Source: an uncultured Actinomycetes bacterium
Lineage (GTDB): Bacteria > Actinomycetota > UBA4738 > CALAEC01
Length of the DNA: 36,379 bases
NCBI GenBank assembly: GCA_937890785.1
Contig: CALAEC010000182.1
Coordinates: forward strand, 1-36,379
Direction of reading: 5' to 3'
Both the position numbers and the translations under genes were made by a program. How positions within the stretch are numbered: position 1 is the stretch's first letter; each line of letters begins with the position of its first letter. The notes beneath the pieces were generated by a model, which was given only the letters and a program-made list of their open reading frames with translations, was not told where the DNA came from and did no database searches. Positions 8,522-17,798 of this stretch are shown here, one piece after another.

Positions 8522-9816
8522 GGCGGCGGGGATGAGGTCCCCTCGGGCTCCGGCGGAGGCCGGCGCGTCCCGAACAGGCCCCGGATCACGCCCGTCCACC
8601 ACGAGCCGCGTCGCTCGGTCTCTCGCGCGGGCGACGTGGCGCGCTGCAGGCGTTCACTGGGTGGGGCCGTCTCGGCGACCGTCTCGGTCGGCGGCGGCGC
8701 CTCGACGAGCGGGGCCGTGGGCGGGGGCCATCGCATCCGAGTGTCCCAGGCGTGCAGGAGGAGCACCTTGACCGATGCCAGGACCGGCACGGCCAGCAGC
8801 ATGCCCCACAGCCCCAGCAGGGTGCCCCCGGCGAGGAGGCCGAGCATCACGGTGACCGGATGGAGCCGCACCGTCCGGGCCACGATGTTCGGGCTCATGA
8901 TGTGGTTGTCGATCTGCTGAACGATCAGCAGCACCACGGCCGAGCCGATCGCCAGCGGCCATCCGGGCTCCAGCTCGAGCAGGCCTTCGCCGGGCGTCTC
9001 CGTGGTGAACGCGATCACCACGGCCACGATGCCGCCGATGAACGGCCCGATCAATGGGATCAGGTTGAACAGCCCGGAGATCAGCCCAACCACGGCCCAG
9101 AACGGCAACCCCACGATCCAGAGCCCGATCGAGGACGCGATCCCCACGAACAGCGACACCAACAGCTGCCCGCGGACGAAGCCCCCGACCGCCCGGCCCA
9201 TCCGCTCCAGGACCGACTCGACCTCGCCCCGGCGCCGCGCCGGAATCATCGCCTTCAGTCCTCGCTTGATCTTGGGGAGGTCAACGAGGAGGTAGAACGC
9301 GATGATCGGCCCGACCACGAAGATGACCACCAGACCGAGGAGGCCCTCGGTGAACGTGAGCAGACGGCCGAAGAAGTCGAGCACCGTCTCACCTCCCCCG
9401 GCGACGTCACGCACCTCGAGGCCGAACCCGGCAGCGATGTCGCTGAAGCTCTCGGCGACCCTGTCGATCAGCTCCGGCGCCGACCTGGCGAAGGCGGTGA
9501 CCTGCTCGGCCACGATGGGGATGGTGAACGTGAGTGCCGTCCCGATGATGGCGATGCCGACCAGGTAGGTCAGCAGCGTCCCCCAGATCCGGGCCATCCC
9601 GCGCCGCTCCAACGCCGACACGATCGGGTTGAGCAGGTACACGCCGATCATGGCCACGACGAGCGGAGGGAAGATGATCCGGACCGGATAGACGACGTAG
9701 CGGAGGACGAAGAACCCGAGCACGAGGACGCCGATCGTGGCCCACGCGACGATGCCCCACCGGGCCGATCGGATCACGAACGGCGTGCCGAGCACCCGGT
9801 TGCGGTCGTCGTCCAA
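8518..9816 (-). CDS. AI-2E family transporter
   Basis: YLLNPIV, GGFVRGQ, NLIPLIGP, QQIDNHIMSP, LHPVTV and GMLLAVP. Confidence 0.92.
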   Translation of the reverse strand: MDDDRNRVLGTPFVIRSARWGIVAWATIGVLVLGFFVLRYVVYPVRIIFPPLVVAMIGVYLLNPIVSALERRGMARIWGTLLTYLVGIAIIGTALTFTIPIVAEQVTAFARSAPELIDRVAESFSDIAAGFGLEVRDVAGGGETVLDFFGRLLTFTEGLLGLVVIFVVGPIIAFYLLVDLPKIKRGLKAMIPARRRGEVESVLERMGRAVGGFVRGQLLVSLFVGIASSIGLWIVGLPFWAVVGLISGLFNLIPLIGPFIGGIVAVVIAFTTETPGEGLLELEPGWPLAIGSAVVLLIVQQIDNHIMSPNIVARTVRLHPVTVMLGLLAGGTLLGLWGMLLAVPVLASVKVLLLHAWDTRMRWPPPTAPLVEAPPPTETVAETAPPSERLQRATSPARETERRGSWWTGVIRGLFGTRRPPPEPEGTSSPPP

Positions 9817-9862
9817 CGCTTGGGCGCATCATATCGCCCGCCCTGTCGCTAGACTGACGATC

Positions 9863-11101
9863 GTGCTCCGCAGCGTCCCCATCCCCGATCAACGACGGCT
9901 GGAGGACTTCCGCGACCCGGCAGGCGACGAGGCCGTCGAGCGGTTGCGCGAGGCGGCGGCGCCGCTGAAGGGGAGTCGCCTGGTCCAGGTCAGCAGCACG
10001 AGCTTCGGGGGTGGCGTGTCCGAGCTCCTGTACTCGCAGATCGCGCTGCTCCAGGACCTCGGGATCGAGGCCGACTGGCAGCTGCTGGAGGGTTCCGAAG
10101 AGTTCTTCACGGTGACGAAGCTGGTCCACAACGCGCTCCAGGGGATGCCGGTGCCGTGGACCGCCGCCTTCGAGGACGCGTACCTCGACCAAGTCCGGTT
10201 GAACGCCGAGCGATTCGAGCCCGACGCCGACTTCGTGTTCGTCCACGACCCGCAGCCGGTGGCCCTGCTGACCTTCCTCGAGGAGTCCGGCCGCCGCACC
10301 GGCCGGTGGGCATGGCGGTGCCACATCGACCTCTCGCAGCCGATGGAGCAGGTGTGGTCGTTCTTCGCCCTGCACGTGGCTCGGTACGACGCGGCCGTGT
10401 TCACGCTCCAGGACTTCGCCAAACCCGGCATGGCCTCGCGCGTGTCGATCATCCCGCCCTCGATCGACCCCCTGTCGCCGAAGAACGCGTACCTCGATCC
10501 CGAGGCGGTCCGCGAGATCGTGACGGCCTACGGCGTCGATGCCGAGCGACCCGTGGTGACGCAGGTCTCCAGGTTCGATCCGTGGAAGGACCCGCTCGGC
10601 GTGATCGACGCGTTCCGCGAGGCCAAGGAGGAGGTGCCGGGCGCTCAGCTGATCCTGGTGGGTTCGATGGCCCACGACGACCCCGAGGCCTGGCACTTCC
10701 TCGAGCTTGCGCAGGAGCACAGCGGCGATGATCCCGACATCCACATCCTCACGAACCTCCAGGACGTCGGCCCGGTGGTGGTGAATGCGTTCCAGCGCGC
10801 CTCGGACGTGGTGGTCCAGAAGTCGATCCGCGAGGGCTTCGGGCTCACCGTGTCGGAGGGGATGTGGAAGGAGCGGCCGGTGATCGGGGGGAACGTCGGC
10901 GGGATCCGTCTGCAGATCGAGGACGGCGTCTGCGGATACCTGGTCGATTCGCCGGGCGAGTGCGCGCGGCGCCTGGTCGAGCTGCTTGGCGACGCAAGGC
11001 AGCGCGAGGAGATGGGCCGCGCCGGACGGGCCCGGGTGCGGGACCGGTTTCTGATCGTTCGGGAGCTGACCGACTACCTCACGCTGCTCGCCTCCCTGTG
11101 A
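9863..11101 (+). CDS. treT: Trehalose glycosyl-transferring synthase (TreT-like, GT4)
   Basis: SSTSFGGGVSELL, FFTVTKLVHNALQG, VHDPQP, WRCHIDLS, QVSRFDPWKDPLGVI and QKSIREGFGLTVSE. TAGACT lies 7 nt before the GTG. Confidence 0.85.
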   Translation: MLRSVPIPDQRRLEDFRDPAGDEAVERLREAAAPLKGSRLVQVSSTSFGGGVSELLYSQIALLQDLGIEADWQLLEGSEEFFTVTKLVHNALQGMPVPWTAAFEDAYLDQVRLNAERFEPDADFVFVHDPQPVALLTFLEESGRRTGRWAWRCHIDLSQPMEQVWSFFALHVARYDAAVFTLQDFAKPGMASRVSIIPPSIDPLSPKNAYLDPEAVREIVTAYGVDAERPVVTQVSRFDPWKDPLGVIDAFREAKEEVPGAQLILVGSMAHDDPEAWHFLELAQEHSGDDPDIHILTNLQDVGPVVVNAFQRASDVVVQKSIREGFGLTVSEGMWKERPVIGGNVGGIRLQIEDGVCGYLVDSPGECARRLVELLGDARQREEMGRAGRARVRDRFLIVRELTDYLTLLASL

Positions 11102-12549
11102 CCGAACGCCGGATCCTGGTGGCCTCGAACCGAGGCCCGGTCCACTTCGCCGCCGAAGGAGGTGATTTGGTGGCCCGGCGGGGACCGGGCGGGCTGGTCT
11201 CGGCGCTGGCCCCGGTGGTGCAGGAGACCGGCGGGTTGTGGGTGGCCTCGGCGATCGACGAGGGAGACCGACAGAAGGCCGCTGAAGGGCCGGGCGGACG
11301 GCTCGAGGTTGGCATCGACGGGGCTCGGTACAGAGTGCGCCTCGTGTCGCGGGACGAGAAGACCTTCCATCGCTATTACAACGAGATCAGCAACCGGCTG
11401 CTGTGGTTCCTCCATCACTATCTTTGGGACCTGCCGCGGATGCCGAGATTGTCGGGAGACAACCGGACCTCGTGGGAGGCGTACCGACAAGTGAACACGG
11501 CGTTCGCCGAAGCGCTCGCCGAGGAAGCAGGCGGTGGCGAGGCCGACGCGCTGGTGCAGGACTATCACCTGTCGCTGGTGCCGGCGATGCTGCGGGAGCG
11601 AGCCCCGGGCGTCCGCATCGCGCACTTCCACCACGTCCCCTTCGCCGCCGCCGACTATCTCCGGCTGCTCCCTCGGACCGTCCGAGAAGAGCTGCTCACC
11701 GGCCTGCTGGGCGCCGACCTCCTCGGCTTCCACACGGAGCGGTGGGCGGAGAACTTCCTTGGCGCCTGCCGTCTCCTTCCCGGCACCGACGTGCTGTGGC
11801 GCCGCCGGGCGGTTCGGTGGCAAGGGCGGCTCGTGCGAGTGGGCGTCTACCCGATCGCCATCGATGCGGCCCAGCTCCGAGCGGCCGCAGCGAGCCCCTC
11901 GGTCCGCCGTCGCCGTCGGGCCCTGCTGGCGCGGCGGGGCGACCGAGCCCTGCTGCTGCGGGTGGATCGCATCGACCTGTCGAAGAACATCCTTCGGGGC
12001 TTCCTCGCGTACGAGGCGTTGCTCCGCGCGCGGCGGCGCTGGCGCGGTCGGGTGACGTTCCTGGCCCTGCTACAACCCTCGCGCCGCGGTGTGCCCGAGT
12101 ATCGCGCCTATGCCGACGAGTGCCGATCGGAGGCGGATCGCATCAACGCTCAGCTCGGCACGGACTCGTGGACGCCGATCGAGCTTCGGATCGGCGATGA
12201 CTTCGATACGGTCCTGGCCGCCTACGGCATGTACGACGCGCTCCTGGTGAACCCGGTGTTCGACGGGATGAACCTGGTGGCCAAGGAGGGGCCGCTCCTG
12301 AACCGCGCCGCGGGCGCCCTGATCCTTTCCCGTACCGCCGGGGCCCACGCGGAGCTGGGCGGTTCGGCGATCGGCATCGATCCCGTCGACGTGGCCGGGA
12401 CCTCGGAGGCCATCGCGGAGGCCCTGGAGATGCCCCGCGAGGAGCGGACGGTCCGGGCGGTCAGGCTTCGGCGGGCCGCGGCCTCTCGCACGCCCCAGCA
12501 GTGGGTCGGTCGACAGCTGCGCGACCTCGAGCGGATCACCCGGGCCTGA
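11098..12549 (+). CDS. otsA: Trehalose-6-phosphate synthase
   Basis: VASNRGPV, GGLVSAL, QDYHL, HFHHVPF, RVDRIDLSKNILRG and DGMNLVAKE. GTGA overlap with treT. Confidence 0.93.
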   Translation: MTERRILVASNRGPVHFAAEGGDLVARRGPGGLVSALAPVVQETGGLWVASAIDEGDRQKAAEGPGGRLEVGIDGARYRVRLVSRDEKTFHRYYNEISNRLLWFLHHYLWDLPRMPRLSGDNRTSWEAYRQVNTAFAEALAEEAGGGEADALVQDYHLSLVPAMLRERAPGVRIAHFHHVPFAAADYLRLLPRTVREELLTGLLGADLLGFHTERWAENFLGACRLLPGTDVLWRRRAVRWQGRLVRVGVYPIAIDAAQLRAAAASPSVRRRRRALLARRGDRALLLRVDRIDLSKNILRGFLAYEALLRARRRWRGRVTFLALLQPSRRGVPEYRAYADECRSEADRINAQLGTDSWTPIELRIGDDFDTVLAAYGMYDALLVNPVFDGMNLVAKEGPLLNRAAGALILSRTAGAHAELGGSAIGIDPVDVAGTSEAIAEALEMPREERTVRAVRLRRAAASRTPQQWVGRQLRDLERITRA

Positions 12550-13309
12550 GCAGCCCTCGCAGGAGCTCGACGAGCTCGGCGGGCCCGTCCACCACGAGGT
12601 CGGCGGCCTCCAGCACGACCGCCGGGGCGTTGGCCGAGCGGACGGCGATGCTGATCCCGACCACGCCCGACCGCCGCAGCTCGTCCACCGCTGCGAACGC
12701 CTCCAGGTCGGGGAGATCGTCGCCCGCGTACAGGATTCCCCGCAGCCGCTCCTCGCCGGCGACTCGCCGGACCACGTCGCCCTTCGACGGTCCCTGCTCC
12801 GGGGCCACCTCGACCACTCGCTTCCCCTCGAGCGCCCGCATCCCGGTCCCGTCGAGCACCGAACCGAGCCCCGCGACGATCGCTTCCCGGGCTGCCTCGA
12901 CATCGCTCGCCGCCCGGTAGTGGATCGAGGCGTGGAACCCCTTCGGCTCCACCCACGCGCCGGGGACCGCAGCGGCCACGCGCTCCAGCTCGGGGAGCAG
13001 GCGGCGCATCGACCGGAGAGCGACCCGAGACGCCGGGTCGACCGGACCGTCGAGGTCCTCCAGCCCGTACAGCCCGTAGAAGCGGACACCCGGAATCCGG
13101 CCGAGCCGTTCGGCCAGGCCGACGGCCCGCCGCCCGGAGACCACTGCCACCACCGCGAACCGCCGGGCCAGGGCCGATAGGACCTCGGCAGTCCCCTCGA
13201 CCGGCGCGGCCCGCTCGGGGTCGGGGACGATCTCGGCCAGGGTTCCGTCGAAGTCGAGGAACAGCCCCGCGGGACCGGGGTCGGCAGCGATCGTGGAGAG
13301 CGCGTTCAT
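12536..13309 (-). CDS. otsB: Trehalose-6-phosphate phosphatase
   Basis: LFLDFDGTLAEIV, VSGR, GLYGLE, IHYR, GKRVVEV and AGDDLPD. Confidence 0.93.
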   Translation of the reverse strand: MNALSTIAADPGPAGLFLDFDGTLAEIVPDPERAAPVEGTAEVLSALARRFAVVAVVSGRRAVGLAERLGRIPGVRFYGLYGLEDLDGPVDPASRVALRSMRRLLPELERVAAAVPGAWVEPKGFHASIHYRAASDVEAAREAIVAGLGSVLDGTGMRALEGKRVVEVAPEQGPSKGDVVRRVAGEERLRGILYAGDDLPDLEAFAAVDELRRSGVVGISIAVRSANAPAVVLEAADLVVDGPAELVELLRGLLRPG

Positions 13310-13346
13310 CGGCGGTCACCCTACCCCTGCTACACTCCCCGCCGAC

Positions 13347-14174
13347 GTGCGCCGCGTCGCGCTCCTGCTCCTCGTCCTGCTGCTTCCCGCCTGCCGGTCC
13401 GATCGGGTGGCACTCACATACCGCCTGGCCCCCGGGATTCGGCTGGAGCACCGACTCACACTGGACGCGTCCGTCGTCCGGACACTGGCCGGCGAGACGC
13501 GCCGCGAGGAGATCGTGGCCACGTTCACGGCAGCCCAGGAGGTGGTCGGCCCGTCGGACCAGGGTGGCGTGGAGGCCGCCATCTCGCTGGTCCCCGAGGG
13601 CCTCGAGGTGAACGGCCGCCCCGTGGACATCGGCCCGGCCCAGGAGTTCGCGGTGCGGCTGGGCCCGGACGGGCGCGTGGTGGCCGTCGAGGCCGCCACC
13701 GACGAGGGCACGGATGCGCTCGACCCGGTGGGCCTCGAGCGGATCCTCCCCCGCCTGCGGCCGGTCCTGCCGGGCCGGCCGGTCACCCCCGGGGACGCGT
13801 GGCGTTCCCAGACCGAGTTCACAGACGAGCAGGGCCGGTTCTCCCTGCGGACCCGCTCCCGGCTCACCCAGCTCGGGGTGACCGACGGGCGGGAAGCCGC
13901 GCTGGTGCGCACCACGTACGAGTCGCCGGTGCAGCGTCAGGAGGTGTTCGCCAACGCCGTCGCTCAGGTGACCGGCTCAGACGTCGGCGCGCAGGAGGCC
14001 TGGTTCGCCCTCGACGGCTATCTGGTGCGCGCCGTGGGGGACTCGGTGGGGACGTACCGGGTCACATTCACGCCGCCGGAAGAGGAGGAGGGCCTGGCTC
14101 CGGTTCGGGGCGCGTTGCGGGTGCGCCTCCACCTGGAGATGCAGCTGCTGTCGGCGACCGGCGTGCCGGCCTAG
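13347..14174 (+). CDS. Hypothetical lipoprotein
   Basis: MRRVALLLLVLLLPAC signal peptide with lipobox. The mature part looks beta-rich. TACACT at 13331-13336. Confidence 0.7.
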   Translation: MRRVALLLLVLLLPACRSDRVALTYRLAPGIRLEHRLTLDASVVRTLAGETRREEIVATFTAAQEVVGPSDQGGVEAAISLVPEGLEVNGRPVDIGPAQEFAVRLGPDGRVVAVEAATDEGTDALDPVGLERILPRLRPVLPGRPVTPGDAWRSQTEFTDEQGRFSLRTRSRLTQLGVTDGREAALVRTTYESPVQRQEVFANAVAQVTGSDVGAQEAWFALDGYLVRAVGDSVGTYRVTFTPPEEEEGLAPVRGALRVRLHLEMQLLSATGVPA

Positions 14175-14707
14175 GCTTCGGCTTCCTGGGCGGCGACGTA
14201 GTCCTCGCCGAGGATGACCGTGATCGACACCTGCGCGTCCGGCGCGGTGTCCTGGAGCTCGGCCCCCTGGAAGTACTGGTCGCGGAGAACGCCCGCGTCG
14301 CCCTCGAACGCGCGCTTGAAGAAGATCTCGGTGACCGCGTACGGCTTGCTGGGGGCGTCGTCGACCGTGGCGACGTCGTAGCCGTCGGCCTCGAGGACCT
14401 CGGCGGCGTCCGCGGCCAGCCCGGCCACGTCCGTGCCGTTCAGAACCTGGAGGGAGATCTCGCTCGCCTCGTGGGTTTCCGGTGCTTCGGGCTCGGTGGT
14501 CACCTCGGGCGGCGGCGTCTCGGTCGCCGCCGGCGACGACGGCTGCGACGGCCTGATCGGCGTGGCCGCCCCGTCGGTCGGGAACGCCTTCGACAGCACG
14601 AACACGCCCAGGGCGAGGGCTGCCACGACGAGGACGAACCTCAGCGCTGCGGTCGCCAACGAGAGGTAGAAGCTCCCTCCGGATGATGGCTCATGCTTGC
14701 CAGCCAA
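14171..14707 (-). CDS. LytR C-terminal domain membrane protein (VirR-like)
   Basis: TM helix, Pro/Thr linker, LQVLNGTDVAGLA...ITVILGEDY. TTG start with RBS GGAGGAGG. Confidence 0.88.
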   Translation of the reverse strand: MAGKHEPSSGGSFYLSLATAALRFVLVVAALALGVFVLSKAFPTDGAATPIRPSQPSSPAATETPPPEVTTEPEAPETHEASEISLQVLNGTDVAGLAADAAEVLEADGYDVATVDDAPSKPYAVTEIFFKRAFEGDAGVLRDQYFQGAELQDTAPDAQVSITVILGEDYVAAQEAEA

Positions 14708-14719
14708 TCCTCCTCCGAG

Positions 14720-14977
14720 TCATCGCCCAAGTCCGAGGTCCCGGGCGAACCGCTGCCGGCGGCGGGCGGTCCGCAGGCGGCGCAGCCGCCTGACGAGCAT
14801 GGGATCGTACCGTAACGCTTCCGGGGCGTCGATGAGGTCGTTCAGCAGCTGATAATACCGCGCGGGCGAGAGGCCGAGCTCGGTGCGGATGGAGCGGTCC
14901 TTCGAGCCCGAACGCTGCCACCAGCCCCGCTCGAAGTCGAGGATCGCCCGCGAACGATCGTCCAGTGTCTCGTCCAT
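14720..14977 (-). CDS. DUF3263 family protein
   Basis: ILDFERGWW...KDRSIRTELGLSPARYYQLLNDLID...DPMLVRRLRRLR. Promoter TTGAAC-N17-TATGCT at 14992-15020. Confidence 0.92.
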   Translation of the reverse strand: MDETLDDRSRAILDFERGWWQRSGSKDRSIRTELGLSPARYYQLLNDLIDAPEALRYDPMLVRRLRRLRTARRRQRFARDLGLGR

Positions 14978-15028
14978 GTGGGGTCACCACGAGCATAGGT
15001 GCGCGGTGAGGGCCGTTCAAGGATCCCG

Positions 15029-16282
15029 CTACGGGAACAGCCCTCGCGTGGTGTGCGCCTCGGCCACGCGCTGCACGCCGAGGATCGTGGCCGCCTGCCG
15101 CATCGTCACCTTCCGCTCCTCGGCCAGGTCGAGCACGCTCACGTATGACTCCTCCATCACCTTCCGGAGCTTGGCGTTGACCTCGTCCGCGGTCCAGAAG
15201 TAGGCCTGGAGGTCCTGCACCCATTCGAAGTACGACACCGTGACGCCGCCGGCGTTCGCCAGGATGTCGGGGACCACGCGCACCCTTCGGTCGTGGAGGA
15301 TCTCGTCGGCCTCCGGAGTTGTGGGACCGTTGGCCGCCTCGACCACGATCCTGGCGTGGATCCGATCGGCGTTCCCCTCGGTGATGACCTCCTCGAGCGC
15401 CGCGGGGATCAGCACGTCGCACTCGAGCTCGAGGAGCTCCTCGTTCGTCACCGACTCGCCGCCTTCGTACCCTGCCACGGTTTTCGTCTCGGCGTGGTGC
15501 GAAGCCAGCCCGACCGGCGACAGCCCCCGCGGGTTGTACACGCCGCCCCCAACGTCGCCGACGCCGACAACGATGCATCCCTGCTCGCTGAGGAGCTGCA
15601 CGACCGGCGCCCCGACCTTGCCGTAGCCCTGTACCACCACCCGGGCTTCGTCCACCGGCATCGCCAGGTGCTTCAGCGTGGCCACGGTCACGTACATCAC
15701 GCCTCGTCCCGTGGCCGCTCGCCGCCCGGCGGAGCCCCCGACCGCGAGCGGTTTCCCGGTGACCACCCCCGGAACCGAGTACCCCGAGTTCATCGAATAG
15801 GTATCCATGATCCAGGCCATGACCTGCTCGTCGGTCCCGACATCGGGCGCGGGGATGTCGCGCTCCGGCCCGATCAGCGGAAGGATCTCCGAGGCATACC
15901 GCCGGGTCAGCGCCTCGAGCTCGCGCTCGGAGAGCTCCTTCGGGTTGACCACCACTCCACCCTTGGCGCCGCCGTAGGGGATGCCCACGACCGCGCACTT
16001 CCACGTCATCCACATGGCCAGTGCCTTGACCTCTTCGAGGTTCACGCTGGGGTGGTACCGGATGCCGCCCTTGGAGGGGCCGCGCGAGGTGTTGTGGTGG
16101 ACGCGGTACCCGGTGAACGACCGAACGGTGTCGTCGTCCATCCGGATCGGGACCGACACGATCAGCGCCCGCTTCGGGTTCCGGAGGACCTCGTGGACGT
16201 TGGGGTCCAGGTTCATGATCCTGGCCGCCTGATCGAGCTGGGCCAGAGCCTGATCCCACGCGCTCCCGCTCACTCGTCGCAC
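15029..16282 (-). CDS. gdh: Glu/Leu/Phe/Val dehydrogenase (glutamate dehydrogenase)
   Basis: GPSKGGIRYHP, MTWKC, GGAKGG, DIPAPDV, VVTGKP, EAANGP and DILANAGGVTVSYFEWVQ. Confidence 0.95.
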   Translation of the reverse strand: MRRVSGSAWDQALAQLDQAARIMNLDPNVHEVLRNPKRALIVSVPIRMDDDTVRSFTGYRVHHNTSRGPSKGGIRYHPSVNLEEVKALAMWMTWKCAVVGIPYGGAKGGVVVNPKELSERELEALTRRYASEILPLIGPERDIPAPDVGTDEQVMAWIMDTYSMNSGYSVPGVVTGKPLAVGGSAGRRAATGRGVMYVTVATLKHLAMPVDEARVVVQGYGKVGAPVVQLLSEQGCIVVGVGDVGGGVYNPRGLSPVGLASHHAETKTVAGYEGGESVTNEELLELECDVLIPAALEEVITEGNADRIHARIVVEAANGPTTPEADEILHDRRVRVVPDILANAGGVTVSYFEWVQDLQAYFWTADEVNAKLRKVMEESYVSVLDLAEERKVTMRQAATILGVQRVAEAHTTRGLFP

Positions 16283-16352
16283 TCCTTGGCTCGGAGGGGG
16301 GTCTCAGGGTATATCGGAACCTCCCGAGCCGCCCTGGAATCGCCCCGCCCGC

Positions 16353-17798
16353 TCAGGACGGCTCGACCACGGCGTTCGCGCGACCGTCGGCCATGGCCAC
16401 GACCCGATCGAACCCTCGAGCCACCTCCTGGTCGTGGGTGGCCACCAGGCAGCACGTCCCCTCCGCGGCGGCCCGGCGGAGCGCCTCGAGGACGGCCCGC
16501 GCCCACCCGGTGTCCTGGTGGCCGGTGGGCTCGTCGGCCATCAGCAGCCGGGGGGAAAGCACCAGGGCCCGGGCCAGGGCGGCCCGCTGCTGCTCGCCGA
16601 CGGAGGTCTCCCGGGGCTGGCGGTCCTGGAGCTCGGTGAGCCCCAGCCGGTCGAGCAGGTCGTCGACGCGCTCGTGATCGAGCCGGCCGGCCAGCCGTCC
16701 CGGGTACTCCACGTTGGCACGAACCGACAGTTCATCGAGGAGACCGAACCGCTGCGGGAGGATGGCGACGTCGGACCAGGTCGGGCGATCGCCGACGGGC
16801 CCGCCGCGCGACCAGACCACCTCGCCGCGATCCGGCACCTCCCACCCGCCGATCACGTTGAGGAGGGTGGTCTTCCCCGATCCGGACCGGCCCACCAGGC
16901 CCACCAGACACCCGGCCGGGAGGGAGAGACGCACGCCGTCCAGAGCGTGCACCACCTCGTCGCCGCGCCGATACGATTTCTCGACGTCGACGATGTCCAC
17001 GAGCGGCTCCTCCGGTCCGAGGGGGTCCGGGTCCGCCAACGGCGGCGCCAGGAGCGGCGACGCGGCGCCTGGACGGGCGAACGGCGAGCCCGCCGCCCCG
17101 ACGCCGGCGCGTCCGGCGCGAGCGGCGACGCGGCGGCCGTGGTCCAGCCCCACGACCTCGTCGGCGCGGCGGCGGAGCGCGGGGTCGTGGGTAGCGACCA
17201 CGACCGTCACCCCCGAGGCCACCACCTCGCGCACGGCCTCGAGCAGCCCGCGGCCGGACGCCGAGTCGAGCTCCGCGGTGGGCTCGTCCGCGACCACCAC
17301 ATCGGTCCCGGCCGCCAGCACCTGGGCGAAAGCCGCCCGCTGCTGCTCGCCCCCGGACAGCTCGTCGGGCCGGTGGTGGAGCCGACCGACCAACCCCAGA
17401 GCATCCAGGAGCTCGGCGACGTCGATCAGGGGCGGACGCCCCGCCCTCCGGGTCGACTGGCGGAGATGCTCCTCGAGCGTGAGGTACGGCAGGAAGTTGT
17501 CGGACGGCCGCTGGAACACGAAGCCGACGTCGCGGCGTCGGAGGCGCCGCAGCCGCGCCCCCGAGGCCCGCTCCACGGAGGTGCCGGCCACCTCGACGGT
17601 GCCTCGATCGGGCCGATCCATCCCCGCCAGCAGCCTGAGCATCGTCGACTTGCCGCTGCCCGACGGCCCCACCACGGCGGTGAGGGCGGCGGCCGGGAAC
17701 GCCGCCGTGACCCCAGCAAGGGCCCGAACCTCGCTGGCCGCGGTTCGGTAGGTCTTGACGACGTCGTCGCATCGGGCCACCCAGGTCCTACTCGGCAA
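16353..17798 (-). CDS. ABC transporter ATP-binding protein with two LolD/MacB-type ATPase domains
   Basis: Walker A GPSGSGKS and GRSGSGKT, signatures LSGGEQQR and TSVGEQQR, two ADEPT motifs. Confidence 0.9.
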   Translation of the reverse strand: MPSRTWVARCDDVVKTYRTAASEVRALAGVTAAFPAAALTAVVGPSGSGKSTMLRLLAGMDRPDRGTVEVAGTSVERASGARLRRLRRRDVGFVFQRPSDNFLPYLTLEEHLRQSTRRAGRPPLIDVAELLDALGLVGRLHHRPDELSGGEQQRAAFAQVLAAGTDVVVADEPTAELDSASGRGLLEAVREVVASGVTVVVATHDPALRRRADEVVGLDHGRRVAARAGRAGVGAAGSPFARPGAASPLLAPPLADPDPLGPEEPLVDIVDVEKSYRRGDEVVHALDGVRLSLPAGCLVGLVGRSGSGKTTLLNVIGGWEVPDRGEVVWSRGGPVGDRPTWSDVAILPQRFGLLDELSVRANVEYPGRLAGRLDHERVDDLLDRLGLTELQDRQPRETSVGEQQRAALARALVLSPRLLMADEPTGHQDTGWARAVLEALRRAAAEGTCCLVATHDQEVARGFDRVVAMADGRANAVVEPS

